DNA of 64,000 nt from positions 33,716,388 to 33,780,387 of the forward strand of contig NC_092670.1 in NCBI RefSeq assembly GCF_964355755.1, in the 5' to 3' direction. Source of the DNA: Antedon mediterranea. Taxonomy: Eukaryota > Animalia > Echinodermata. This document shows, one piece after another, positions 26,097-39,793 of the stretch (positions are counted from its first letter, which is position 1; the number at the start of each line of letters is the position of its first letter). The notes below the pieces were generated by a model, which saw only the letters and a program-made list of their open reading frames with translations, had not been told where the DNA came from and made no database searches. The translations under genes and the position numbers were made by a program.

Positions 26097-29000
26097 ATGA
26101 ATCGGTCAACTATCTTAGTTTTGCTTTTCTGTGCTACATGCACTTTTTGTGAGGCTCGAGCTGGTAAGTGTTAACCAAATTAATTACATATCAAGTTTAC
26201 ACTGAGAATAAGCAAAGCATATTATTATTATTATTTAATTAAAGTTTGCGTCAATAGTTAGCAAATGCAAATGCAAACTATGTCGTAATATGTTATTCTT
26301 ATAGAAACTGTACTTAACTAGTAATAAATAATACATTTTAAAAGTCTAATAGTACTTTACTATTAGTACGGTATCGTAACGTTTTTCTTTTGCTACTTTT
26401 TTTGAAATGTTAGTAACGCGTGACACATTATAAATATAGGCCTACTTATTCTTTTTTTTTCTTTTGTCTAAAAAACTAACAGCAATATTTTATTATTAAT
26501 AACAATATTTGAAATGTTTTTCTTATAATATAATGGCATTATATTCCTCTCTTGCTAGTCCTTAAAATATTTAAAATATTATTTTTAACACATTGTAAAC
26601 ATAGTTATTTGTTGTTTAGTTGATTTTTTTTTAATTATATTAGTTTGTATTTTACTATAATAATACTTTGCATTATGAATGTCAAAACAATAAATAATTA
26701 AAGAATACAAGGACTAGTCTTTTAATAGATTTGGCATTAGACTAGACATTAGACCCCTCCTATATATAACCTCCATTGGCTACCTATTGACTCCAGTATA
26801 AAATATAAGATCCTTTTACTAACATTTAAAGCGCTACTTCTTAAACAACCTACTTATCTCCTTGATCTTCTTCCCTCATACACTCTTGCTTGTCTTCGTT
26901 CGGCTGATCAAAACCTACTACTTGTTCCTAGAATTAACACCAAATCGTATGGACAAAGGTCTTTTATGTTCTCTGCTGCTTCTCTTTAGAATTCTCTCCC
27001 TCGTCATTTTACTAAATCAACTTCTATTGCTATTTTTAAAAAAGAACTTAAAACGCATCTTTTTAACATCCAATATAAGCGCCTTTGATATTTACTTCGG
27101 TTTAGTTGATTCTGGCGCTATACAAATACCTAAATTATTATTATTATTATTAAAAGCAATTCTATGTACTGTAGAACTTAGAAGTCCTTTGTTGTAAAAA
27201 CCATCAATATTATGTGCAAGTTCGACAATAAACTATTTGCTGTAATTGTTATTTTGAATTTTAATCGTTTTAACAGTATTTTACAGGGCCTATGGCGTTT
27301 TCGCAATCTGCATTTTTAATATTTTTCAACAGTATTTGATGTATTTTTCATTGTAGTTTTATTGTCTTAATTATGCCAAGCAAAACAAATTTGTTCTTAT
27401 TATGATACAGATGATAAAATGATCAACCAAATTCACACTAGAATCCGACTTGGTTTCAGCTGTCTCAATTCGCATTTATTCTAACATGGACTTCGGGACA
27501 ATCCAAATTGTACTCGTGGCTATAATGATGAGAATCCGCTTCATTTCGTATGTTACTGCCCCAATTATAATACACAAAGAGATTTTCTACTTGTAAGCGC
27601 TAAATCAATTATTGAAGATATCTTGGCCAAGGATTTTTCTTTAACGTATAATTTTAAATTTTTAAGTTAAATTTTCATTTTTGGTTCCGATCTTCTTTCG
27701 AATTGTGAAAAATGCTTTATTGTTTTATGTAAAACATTTCTTGTTAATTCAGGAAGATTTGATTGATGTTTCTGTTAATTTTTGTTTTAAAACGTTTTAT
27801 TTTTTAATCTGAGGCGCCTTGAAGCTAAGGTGGTTCCATCTTGTAAGGCGCCTCTGTGTAATATACTGAATAGAAAAATAAACAAAAACAAAAACAAAAC
27901 AAATTCCCATTCTAAAGTGGAAAAATAAAATTTATTAAATTTGGAATCTTCTGAAATAGCAATTCTTTATAACATTAACATCTAAAACTATCATTTGATT
28001 CTCTATAATGAAGCCGACCCATGGGTCACAACAAATTTCAAAGAAACAGAAGACGTCCTTGTTCATTATATTTCTTTAATAATTATTGTTTTTATTTTAA
28101 AAAAAAAGATATTTGCCTCTTTAGACATTTCTTGGAACACAATCTAATGACATTTTTTCAACAGAAATTTAGTAAATAAACATAAAGAATACCAAAATAT
28201 AAATAGGCCTACATTTATTGTTTTAGCAGAGGTGCAAAAAGAATTAGGTAAAGCAACTGTCGACGAAAGTACTGAAGAAACAAGAGAAGTCAATGAAAGC
28301 GTTGCAAACACAAATGACAACATTCAAAAGGTCGACGAAAGTATTGTAGACGACAGCGATGTCAACAAAATATACTCCAAAAACAATTCAGAAAAAGCAG
28401 GTAAACAATCTACATCAAAAACATTTCAATTTAGTTCTTTTTTCAAAAAATATAAAAAATAATTTTAAAATTTTAATCTGAAGCAATGGGATAAACATTA
28501 TCGTACCATTATCACGATGATGTTATGTTCCACATGTAATTCTTACTTTTAAAAAGATATCAAAATAAGCTGAAATAATGCTGCATTGTTTAAACAAATA
28601 AATATACATTTAAAAAATATGCATTATATGGAACATTTTATTATCAATAATATACAATCTTTTCAGAAATTTTAGAAAAACAACTGGAAGAAAAAAACAT
28701 AGCTGGAGGTAATAAACGTTAATCAAACAAAAAGTCTGTCTTATTTTCAAAAGAATATATTCATAGATAACAACAAATTATTATAATAATACTAAAGAAT
28801 AATGAAAATAACATATTGGGTTAATTTGCAGACATTCTTTTTACAGTTAGGGGAAAATGGAAAAATCAGCACTGTGGTCATGTTACAATAGTTTTCAAAA
28901 CAAAATAGATTGTCTGATAAAAATCCTAGAAAGTAGGAAACCTTTTACCATGTTTACTATTCTTCAAATGTACGTAGGCCTGCATTTAAATGTAAATGCA

Positions 29001-32000
29001 AGTTCATGCATATAATTTGTCATTATCTTTACTTTATCATAGGTTGTCCAAGTTACTGGACAGCATACAGAGGAAACTGTTATAAATACTTTTCTATAAA
29101 AGTTAGTTGGCAAACAGCTAGATCTAGGTGCAAGAGTTACGGGGCTGATCTTGCTGTGATAAAGTATTCATCTGAAAATTACTTTATCGGTAATCTTATT
29201 CAATTAAACTCGTGGATCGGTTTAACAGACGTGAAGACCGAAGGCAAATTTGTTTGGGTACACAATGGCGAAAGCTCAACGTATCTAAGTATGAACATTG
29301 TTACTTGTACAATAGCTTATTTAAAATTTCGAGTAATCTGTATCTTTAAGACGGGCATAAATATTGCACAGCGCGCCATTTATTGGTGCATTTTGCAACC
29401 CCAAACAATTTTTTTCTCCTTTTTTAACCTTGATTATGTTTATAACAAGTTATACCACCCGTCCCACTCTGCTCTTTAATATATGCATGCCGATATTGTA
29501 CTGGTTTTTTTTTTTCATTAGACTAGATTTAAATACATTCACTTCAGTTCAGTTAAATAATGAAATCTACTATCATATAATTCAGATTTTAATAAAGGAG
29601 AACCAAACGATTTAGGGAGCGAAGAATGTGTAGAGGTTTACAACACATCTCCGTACAAATGGAATGATGAAAGCTGCAAAAGTCTTCGAGCCTATGTGTG
29701 TGAAAAATGTTAGTACTTATTATAGTTGTAAAGTGAAATAAATAAATGAAAATGAAATTTGTATACCATTTTTATAATAGAAATATGTTTTGGTATTTGT
29801 CTACATACCCATACAAACAATAAACTAGTCGACACGGGAACGACCTATTTGTTAATATAGGGTACTCGCTATACCGTTTCCACTTCATTCCAATTACAAT
29901 AATTAATTGATATCCCAATAAGAACACAACAAGCGATATTGTCCGCCATACTGCGTACAATATTACATTTCTAAATTCTCGGTATGCCTTAATTATTATA
30001 AGATATAAATTATCACCATATGTTTTTGTTAAAACCTGTCCTTCATTCATTATTCATTTAAACACTGCATTTACCTTTGTTTAATATACACAGGCCCTAC
30101 ATATATAATTATTTTAAGTGTTACGTTAATATTAATTTAAGAGGCCTAATACGACATATTCAAACGGATTAACTGTAGAAATATAATAACGTAAATCAAT
30201 AACGTGATTTAAGAAAATATTTTTTTTTATAGAAATAGAACCTCTCAAACAGGGTAATTTACCACACATTGAATTACAACATTATAAATAAAACACATTT
30301 TTAATTTATATTTTTGTTATATACAGCAGAAAGCACCGTTGATGTATTCGTGGGAACAACTTACAGAATATCGAGTCTTTGTGCAGCGTCTTCGGATAAG
30401 CCGTTCATTGGAGATTTCAATGGTGATGGTAACACAGATGTTATATGTCACAACATCCTCACTGGATCAAAGAAGATTTATTATGCAAGGTAATTACTTT
30501 TATAATAAAATAAGTAGAAAAAAATCCCCATTTTTAGCAAAAATGTTTGTAAATCGATTAGTAAATGCTATTGTACTGCATTATGTATACATTGTATAAT
30601 GTTAACAATATTTTATACAACTATTTAGAGAAGAAGAGAATTTAAATTACCTGCAAATTTCTTATTTCCATAAGAACGCATTTGACTTGTTTTATTAACA
30701 AGGCCATATAGATGGCTGCAGTCGCGTGCTCATTAGTGTTTACCGACCGACCGACCAACCTACCAACTGACCGAAATTACTGAATGTTTAAAAATGTTGA
30801 AATGTTTAAAAACAGTTATATTTTTTTAATTTACACGTGCGTAGCCTGTCACTTTTGACGTGCTCGTATAACGTAATTTCGAGTTGAAAAGTAAGTCAAG
30901 AAAACAGAAATCGGGCAAAAAGAGTGCGCAATAACATTTAACGCGCAGTGCGCGCGCAAAAATCTGCGCACTCATGGCAATTTTGTAAACGCTTAAAATT
31001 GCCTGAAACGTACTCTTATTTCATCGAAAATAAATTTTGAAAATTTTAAGCGCGCGTACGCATGCGTTACATGCGCTACGCACATAATTGTATTGCCATA
31101 TGATGATTTATGCCCTGAAATGTATGAGTACCAAATGTTATTCATGGTTGTGAAGATATGATTACAAACACGATTTCGTTAAATCGTGCGTAGACCGCGT
31201 AATTTTTTATTGCGCACCGTGAAAACATAACCACATCGATTCCTGGCCATAAGGAATATACTGTGAAAAATTGACTTTAGCTAGATTAAACTGATATCAA
31301 GATAAGGTCAGAAAGCGATAAAACGCATAGTGATACCGGACCGACAGACAGGCCGACAGACCGACAGACCGACCGACCGACCGACATAGTGAACTATAGA
31401 GTCGCGTCCACGCGACTAAAAACCATTTTACACAAATGTTACTTCTTTAGATTAAATACAAAGATTTGCGTAAGTGTAAGATATATATAAACAATTTTCT
31501 TCCGGTATTTACGGCTACTATTTTGTTTGTTTTTTAAATTCAAATTGCTTAAATGTTGATAAACATTATAAAGCTGACATATAAAAAAGAACAATGTTGT
31601 AATAACAAAATAAAAAAAGAACAATTTACAATTAACGATTCGATAAAAAAAATATGAGCTCTAAATGTAAAACAAAACAGCAAATGACGTTGACGAAGTT
31701 CGAACACATGTCTTCCGGTTTGGAAACTAAAGCTTCTGGCTTTCAGAAAAAACAGTAGAGGGTATGTTGTATAAAATGTCAGGAGAAAGGTCAATATTTT
31801 GATTTTATATGAATAAAAACGTTCCTTTATTGTATTATTTTTCCAGCTGTAAAGGCTCTTTCAATAGCCAGCAGACGTGGCAAAGTGGAATGGATTGGTG
31901 TCATCACAGTGGAGAACAACTGTTCATAGGTGATTTCAACCGTGATGGTCGATCTGATATGATGTGCCACGATCGCAACACTGGTTACAAACGGTATACT

Positions 32001-32642
32001 TTTGCCCAACCTCCAGGCATATTCACTGGTCCAACTCTACATGAAAACATAAACTGGTGTAAAACTGATCAACTGATTGTTACTGACTTTAATGGAGACG
32101 GCCGAGATGATATGTTGTGTCATAGTAGTAATGCATACACTCAGATTAGATATGCAAAAACAAGTGGTACCTTTACAACAGTGGGTTGGCAACAAAAAAT
32201 GAATTGGTGTGGAAGTTCTAACAAGTTGTTAACAGGTGATTTCAACGGAGATAGAAGGGCTGATCTAATCTGTCACTTGGCAAATGGGCACATTGAGGTC
32301 ATATTAGCATCGGCGAGCGGCAAGTATACTTCGTCAGCAAAAAAGCATGTGCATACTGATTCGTGGTGCAAATCAACCAATAATAAGCTTAGCATCGGGT
32401 ACTTCAATAATGATAGACGAGCCGATCTGATGTGCAGCGATACGTCTGGTCCGTTGTGGATTGCCTTTTCCGAAGCAAACGGTTTATTTACAAGTATAGG
32501 ATGGCGGCGTAAGACGTCCTGGTGTACGTACAGCAATAACAAGCTGTTAATTGCCGATGTGAATGGAGATGGTGGCGACGATTTGCTGTGTGAAAGTTCA
32601 TCCTATGGCGTTAGGTACATATCTTTGAATAAGATACTATAA
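26097..32642 (+). CDS. Secreted C-type lectin (EPN/WND) fused to six FG-GAP/VCBS-type repeats, ~536 aa
   Basis: Exons 26097-26163 (signal peptide MNRSTILVLLFCATCTFCEARA), 28227-28400, 28667-28708, 29043-29288, 29586-29708, 30327-30489, 31847-32642. All GT-AG; total 1611 nt, open frame. CTLD motifs CYKYF, WIGL, GEPND, WND. GDFNGDG-type repeat x6. Confidence 0.85.
26745..27151 (+). mobile_element. L2-type LINE 3' fragment in intron 1
   Basis: Translates LHWLPIDSSIKYKILLLTFKAL...LRSADQNLLLVPR...YGQRSF; (TTA)n tail. Confidence 0.8.
27415..27900 (+). mobile_element. CR1-group LINE 3' fragment
   Basis: HTRIRLGFSCLNSHLF..NPNC...E..LHF...CP C-terminal motif; A-rich (caaaaa)n tail. Confidence 0.6.
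29043..29288 (+). CDS. C-type lectin domain exon (N-terminal half)
   Basis: CPSYWTAYRGNCYKYF...ARSRC...DLAVI..EN.FI...WIGLTD...FVW. Confidence 0.9.
30697..31422 (-). mobile_element. HINE/DINE-1-like element, long form, in the last intron
   Basis: aacaaggcc...(CCGA/CAGA)n...gtcgcgtccacgcgactaaaaa; interior near-identical to 54170-54740. Confidence 0.75.
31847..32642 (+). CDS. Terminal exon encoding five FG-GAP/VCBS-like repeats
   Basis: WC..L..GDFNGDGR.D..CH repeats at ~49-aa spacing in ORF 31809..32642. Confidence 0.9.
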
Positions 32643-33352
32643 TTATTTGAACACCATACTGCAATTACAATGAAAATCATTTATTCTACTACACAGTAAG
32701 CTTATATAAGTAAATTGATTACAGAAAATAAGCGAAGAAATAATAATTATATCATTTGTTTAAACAAGGAGAAATAACCTACTGTACTCATAAATTACAC
32801 ATAATAAATACTATTTGTCTTAAATGTAATATTCATTAATCAAGTAATTCGTATTAATTTTCTATAATAATTAATATACAAATTCCTGATTATAATAATA
32901 TATTAATAATAATAATAATAATATTAGTTATAGGCCCGTATTAATTTCATGTGTGACCAGTTCCATTATAATTAGCATTAAAAAAGTTCATGTTGAAAAT
33001 ATTCTTGATTTGTGTCATTAACTTATTATGTCTATAAAATGCTTTTCTAAAATAGTCAGTCAGGGACGGTTCAGTGTATACATTTTTAAATTACGCAACA
33101 TGTATTAAATTTTGTTACAGAATGCTTTAAATCTAAATCATTAACAAATAATTATATTTCTATTGTATACTATACGTTCAAAACAACCTTCCTTATATTC
33201 TCCATTTTCTGGACTATTTGAACCCTTAATCTGTTTCAGAACTAATGTACTGCAAAATTTATATCAACCTTTATTGATTTCGTCATGCAATCCCTTAAAA
33301 TTCAATTAAATTCAAAAGACATTTATTTTTGTCCAACAGATAATAAGTAAAA

Positions 33353-33463
33353 AAACAAGGCCATATACATGGGTGAAGTCGCGTTCTCAAGTTAGTGTTT
33401 ACCGACCAACCGACCAACCAACCGACATAGTGAGCTGTAGATTCGCGTTGCACGCGACTAAAA
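33353..33463 (-). mobile_element. Short HINE/DINE-1-like element
   Basis: Same termini as the family above; other short copies at 46188-46305, 47958-48066, 61552-61670 and 63413-63520. Confidence 0.65.
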
Positions 33464-34956
33464 ACAGTAGTGACAGATTGAGATTATTGTAAAAAAGTAA
33501 TGGACAAAGGCAGAATTCTAAAAAGATGAAAATCTTGTGGGATTGCCTTGACACACTAATAATTAATAATAAAAAATAAATAAAAACAAAAAAAAACTAA
33601 TTTAAAAATAAAGATTATACCAGTAGATAAACGTTGACAAAAATGAATTAAAAACGTATAGCTGCTGGGCATAGTAACGAACAAAATGACGACAGAAAAA
33701 TATAATCTAGCAAGATTCACAGAAACAACGACCATATCAAACTTATCGATTTAACGAGACACAGAAAGTGATCTTGGAGAATGAGTAGCTGGTGGCAGCA
33801 CAAGAAAATGAGGGGGTAAATTGTTATACATGAGTGGCCCAGAATATCTAATACTTTACCAAATAGTTGGTGTTGCGCATGGGAATACAAATATTATTTA
33901 CCTTAAAACAATATATCACAGAAAATTCTACAAAACATTAGACTACCTGTCTTGGTATAAGATATAAAAAATGATAATAATTTATCAAACTTATCCTGAT
34001 TCAGCAAAAAGAATCGGTACTACTCTCTTTTTATTCATTGTTAAAATGAACATCATTTATAAATATATGTAAAGAATGAACTGACAGCATATGAACAAAA
34101 AACGTGGGCGTGTACACTTGAAATGGTGTCACTGACCATTGACCGTGTTGGGCTAGCTTATCGTCTGTAGCTGTCCATAACAATTAATGCTAATCAACAA
34201 TCTACTGGATAAAGATAAAAGGAACAGATTTGATTCTCTTTTAAAGGTAAAGGTAAAAGCTATTTTTAGAAATGGAATTATGATAGCATTTCTTATGTAA
34301 TTTACACGTACTTTTAACTTTGGTAAACAGAATGGCAAGTGTTTACGTGATTGACAGTAAACAATAAAGTAGAAGGTATCCTTTTTCTCACTGGATTTTT
34401 TTCGGTAAAACTAAAAAAGAAACAAAAAAATGGAGAAACAACGGAAACACATCACGGGTAAAACCAAAATGCCGATAAATAGAATCGATACTTTGTTCTC
34501 TAGTATACTCCATGTTTTTATTTGGTCACACACAGCAAAACACCATCGGCAGCGCAACCAATAAGAATTATTTTCTAAAGAAATAAAAACACGTATTCTT
34601 ACGTTAGGCAGAGAGTTTTTTTAATTTTAAAATAGTAATTTTAATTATGGAGGCATGCTACAAACATTGGTACATAATACAGTTTAAAAACTGTATTTCC
34701 ATTGTTCGTAGCATGTCTCTTTCACCACCTTATATACTACTATACGTAGAGACGTGACATATTGGAACAAATAGAATAGATATGGAAATGGACAGAAAAC
34801 CTCCCCAGACGAACGACAACAGATGGGCAAAATAGGACAGAAAAAGACGGGTTCAGCTTGAGGAGGCCTTCACCCTACAGTGATCTGAAAAGGCCTGAAA
34901 TTGTGATGACATCATAATTGAGATTGGTAGACTTATCAGTACTAGGGTAGACATAT

Positions 34957-35230
34957 TAATAATACGTCGTTCTTATATAGCGCCTAATGCACAAAGCCTC
35001 TAAGCCTCCACATTATTACCCCAGTGATTTTTGGATCAAACATACTCCCACAATGGTGGTAAAGCCAGTAATCGGCTTTTTGTTTTGACCTAATACCATG
35101 TACCCATTTGTACACCTGGGTGGAGAGAGGCAAACGAAAGTAATGTATCTAGTCTAAGGATACAGGAAATGCGATGAGCTTTGGATTCTAACTCATGATC
35201 TCACGATCAATAGTCCAACGTCCAATACAC
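34957..35230 (-). mobile_element. tRNA-derived SINE with conserved central domain and L2-like tail
   Basis: cccatttgtacacctgggtggagagagg core, B-box-like ggattctaactc, and tatatagcgc tail, all as read on the + strand. Confidence 0.6.
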
Positions 35231-35613
35231 TGTTGGTCTGTAAGCTAGTAGTACATAAATTAGGCCTATATTGTTTTTCTTTTTTTCATTTGCGAAATAA
35301 AGCGTCACTTTCGTGAATATAATCATTCAGTTCACGCTGAAGATCTTCTGGCCTTTATCTTTAAGCGTTACACTTTAGATTCACCCACATTATATTATGT
35401 TATCATGTTACTATGGAACCAAGATCACGTTCGATTGATAATCAATATTTATTATTACAATATCGAATAAACCACTCCTCTTATCATGGATCCATCCGAG
35501 ATTGATAATTGATAACATTCAACATAAAGTGCCCACACAATGTAAGTGATGCAACAAAAGTAACAATATCAGTTCTAACTTCTGATTCAGCAACAACAAC
35601 ATACTTCTACAAG

Positions 35614-38600
35614 ATGACACTCTCAACGAATATAGTGATGCTTCTCTGTCTAACATACACGCTGCACACCTCTGGTAAGTTCTCACAACGTGACTACTTA
35701 CACAATGCGATGCAATCGCATGATATATTGTGACGCTTCTGTTTATAACGTGCACTTACGATTGCTACTACTATTACGCTTCTGGTGTTTCTTTCAAAAT
35801 TGTTTAGGCCTACCTTAAATTAAAACTAGATGGTACGGTCACTTCACTCGCGAACCATCTAGTCTTGCCCACAAATGGTTCTCGAATACACAGTAATTTC
35901 AGCGTAAAAACTGGCGATTTTCAAATGTACGCAATACTTAGTTGGCTACCACAGGACTATAATACCTATCATTCACAGGAACGAATAAGTAGACACTGTG
36001 ATTTATGTAGGCAACTAAAATTAGCAGCATGGTAATTACTTCCGGAAGAGAAACTTGTTTAGTCTTACATATAAACAAACCCAATACGTGCAACGTTGTA
36101 TGTAACATTAAGGTTTAGAGATGGGGAAGAAAGAGGAACAATTTTTAAATATATTCTTAATATATTCTTATGTATTATAAATAATGTACCACTGAACACA
36201 GTAAAACACTTTGTTGAAACTGCCACTGTCCTAGTCGGTTGAAGTAGCATGTAGGCCTAACGATGTTGAAATTGCTACTTCTGCAAAACACTTTACTCGA
36301 TATCGCTGAAACCAGGTCAGAAGAACCACTAGCATATGCTTGATCCAGCTTTTCATATTTAGGTCAGAGGTTATGTGGGCGGAAGTATTGTATATATAAA
36401 AAAGTCCTACACATTCAGCGATACGTCTGGCTAATTTGATTCACGTTGGTTGTGTTCAGATTGGGTCAAACGTCACGTAGACAGAAATATCCGCCATTTT
36501 GTAAATTTAAACAATCGCAACTAGTCCTACAAATAAATACATGCTATATTCCTTTAATGGTCACGAAAACCACTCGCAAATGCTTTATATATTCTATGTT
36601 AAGATTTGTCTCAAAAGTCAAGTAGATAGAAATACCCGGCATTAAATGTTAAAAAAGTAAATTTGTTCACTAGTTGTCTAGGCACAGGCTTCGGCTTAAC
36701 CAAAATTTAATAATTTCACTAGTTAAACGTCTTATTTATTTCAGCAAATGTGATAAAACAGCCAGCTGAAACAAATCTTTCAAAAAAAGGTAGGCATGTA
36801 GCTATTTATTTCCCTCCATTTTTAACTCTATGTTGTAATGTTTGAAGGTGTTATAACTGAATTCAGGTTGGGTCCACCGGCTCAGTTACAGTGATTTATT
36901 TCACATAGGTTGGCCTTGGTTTTTGTAAGTTTTTTGTAAATAATGAAAAGGACCGAATAACTTATGACTTTAAGATTTAATTACTTAAAGAGCACTGGCG
37001 TTTCTATTATATTCGAGTCAACCACACAAATAAACTGACCGATAAACGAACAAACACTGACCGACACACGAAAAAAAGACTGACCGATGAGGAACAATCA
37101 CTGACCAACCGAAAAAAAAGTAATGTACAACAGCCAAGTAATAATCTCAAGTCAAATAAATTAGTAAAATTTTCCACTAAAAAAATAGGTTTTCCTTAAG
37201 TTTTGTTCAAAGTAGTTGTATGTTTTATGTATTATCATTATTATTATTTATTGTATTTTATTCATTTCAGAAACCTTAGAAACACTTCTGGAGACAAAAC
37301 ATAACGAAGGTATTTTAAATCAAAAGACAATGGATAATATTTTCTGTAAATTTCTTAAAAATCAAAACACCAGGCTTGCTCTTTTATTCTTTTGGCACAT
37401 TTTTTTGTATTTTATTTTATTTTTACTAGTTAACACTGTTCCTAGACAGTACATCTAAACAACAATTTATTTTATATAGCTTAGGGAATGGAATAACATG
37501 CACACACATGATAATCTAATGTGTTAAATAAATAGGTAAAATACGTTATAATTATGTCTGTAACATTGGTTTATCTATTTAGTTTTTTAAGCCCTGACTA
37601 TCAGATGATTACTCAATATAGAAACGTTGAATTATAAAGTTATAAAACAACTTTACCAATATATTATAAGTATTATGTAATATTAGAACAATAACGCACT
37701 CACTTTTCAGCAGTCGCGGTGAATTTCCTGTAACGTCATATATTATGTGCATCGGAAAATCTGTCTGATCAACCGATTGTCAAACTGTTAATAACAGAAA
37801 CATTTACTACATCAAATCAGATATACTGAAACAATTTCAAAATCAAAATTGATATTTGTTACAATCTTAGGAGAAAGAATGTTTCGCTCTTTTTGGGAAA
37901 TATTCTTTTGTGAAAAAACAGAGTTAAAACAACAACAAAAAAACATTCTATAGCAATGAAAGTAAACAAAAATGATGATTTAATCTAAACATATAAATGT
38001 GTCAAATATAGATAATTTTATTTTATAGATTGTCCAACTAATTGGATAACACATGGACAAAACTGTTACCAATACTTTAAGAAAAATGTTGAGTGGGAAA
38101 CGGCTAGAGCTAATTGTAAAGGTTACGGGGCTGACCTTGTTGTGATAGAAGATTCGGCTGAAAATCATTTTGTCGATAAACTTACTAACGTCAAAAAATG
38201 GATTGGTTTACATAAAGACAGAGAAGGAAGATTTGCCTGGGTCACACATGAACGCTCAACTTATACCAGTAAGCAAATCATCATTTGTTTTTGGTTTATC
38301 TTTATCATCTAAGTTACAAATACGGTACGTAATATCTGAAAAGATATGTTTTTAAATGTAACTTGTTCGAAGTTCAAACATGATGTATGCCATGAACGCA
38401 TGATCATCGTGAGTTGTGTTGGTTTTAAAGTTAGAAGCATCGATAAATACTCAAGCACTGACAGTTTTTACTGCGAAAAAGCGATTTATGTTCTGGACAG
38501 CAAATTCAACTCCCGTAGCACTTCGTTGCTTCTCAGTTAAGAAAGGTCATAGTATTACTATAAAACATGGGCTAAGGCGATCAAAGGCGAAATTACGGCT

Positions 38601-39793
38601 TTCGCTCTCTGCGGTTGAAATCAATTCCTGTTGTACACTAGTTCTTTCAAACCACCGGGGGTCTTTCAGTTCACATGGGAAATTCTAATGTTATGTTTGG
38701 CGTGGATTTCACGCCCTTCCATCGCTATCTTGAAGAAGACTGGATCCGCCGCTTAAACTACGGTATCTGTTTCAGCACATTGGTATGTCCATAGATCTGC
38801 TCGCCGCACTTTCAATTTGTAATTTCTAGTTTATAAGTATGCAGAACATTCATCATAATATGACCTTAAAACAATGCCTAAAACTGAAAATATGTAAACT
38901 ATCGGTGTCTAGTTTAAATAATTAATTGCTGGTGTCGCTTAATTTGTGACCAGTCTAGCAGAAACAATTTCGAATTACTTGTAAATGCAAAAATAATATA
39001 TAAACTCATTCATCATTAAAAAAAAACTTCTTCATCTAATTTTTTTCAGAGTATGCAAAGGATGAGCCAAATAATTGGAAAGGAGACGAAGATTGTGTTA
39101 TGATGTATAAATCTGGGGAGTGGAATGATCGAAAATGTAACCTAAAGCTAGCGTATGTGTGTGAAAAACGTAAGTACTGCAGTTTATGGGGCATTAAAGT
39201 ATGAATGCATGTAATCAATGTATTGCAATTTTATATATTTTTTCCATTAGTCACTCATTTTGGTGAAGCATAACGCCCTCAATGTTATGTATTTTTACAT
39301 GAGTCACGTGTTTTGGCGAATCACAGCGCCCTCAATTTTACGTATTTTGGAAACATGTATGCCTATTTTGCTATCGTCACCAGCCCTAATTTAACCGATT
39401 TTCCACTAGGCGTATTTGTTCACGCCAATCGAAAGCGTCAGTTTATACGCATGTGTATTAGTGTTTCCATCTTCCAAATCCCTCTCCCTCTATGAATGAC
39501 TGTAAGCTGACGCTTTCGATTCGCATGAACAAATATGTATAGTGGAAAATAGGCTTTTAGAAGCATACTTAAAACTAATGAGAAATGTAAGACAATATTA
39601 AAGCGAAGGTTACATTATCTATAAATATATTTTCTATAAAAGAAAATGTATGTATATAAATTGAGATGTTTACGAACAAAACAAAGCATCAATCTAGAAT
39701 GATTCCTATACACAAAAAATGAAGCATTGTATGATTTATACTGTAGTGGTTTTAGTATTTATATTATTTTATTTCTTGCCAGTACGCCACTAA
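35614..39793 (+). CDS. Secreted single-domain C-type lectin (EPN/WND), ~171 aa; paralog of the upstream lectin
   Basis: Exons 35614-35674, 36745-36789, 37271-37309, 38029-38268 (CPTNW..CYQYF..WETARANC..WIGL), 39050-39169 (DEPNN..EDCV..WNDRKC..YVCEK), 39783-39793. All phase 1, 516 nt open. Missed by the ORF track. The last exon is less certain. Confidence 0.8.
39393..39557. mobile_element. Small MITE family (also ~40576-40706 and ~57059-57188)
   Basis: TIR ccgattttccacta / tagtggaaaatcgg. Confidence 0.6.

Noticed and set aside
31809-32642. Bacterial contamination (VCBS-like ORF)
   Set aside because: It has a spliceosomal acceptor in phase with upstream exons and is flanked by host repeats.
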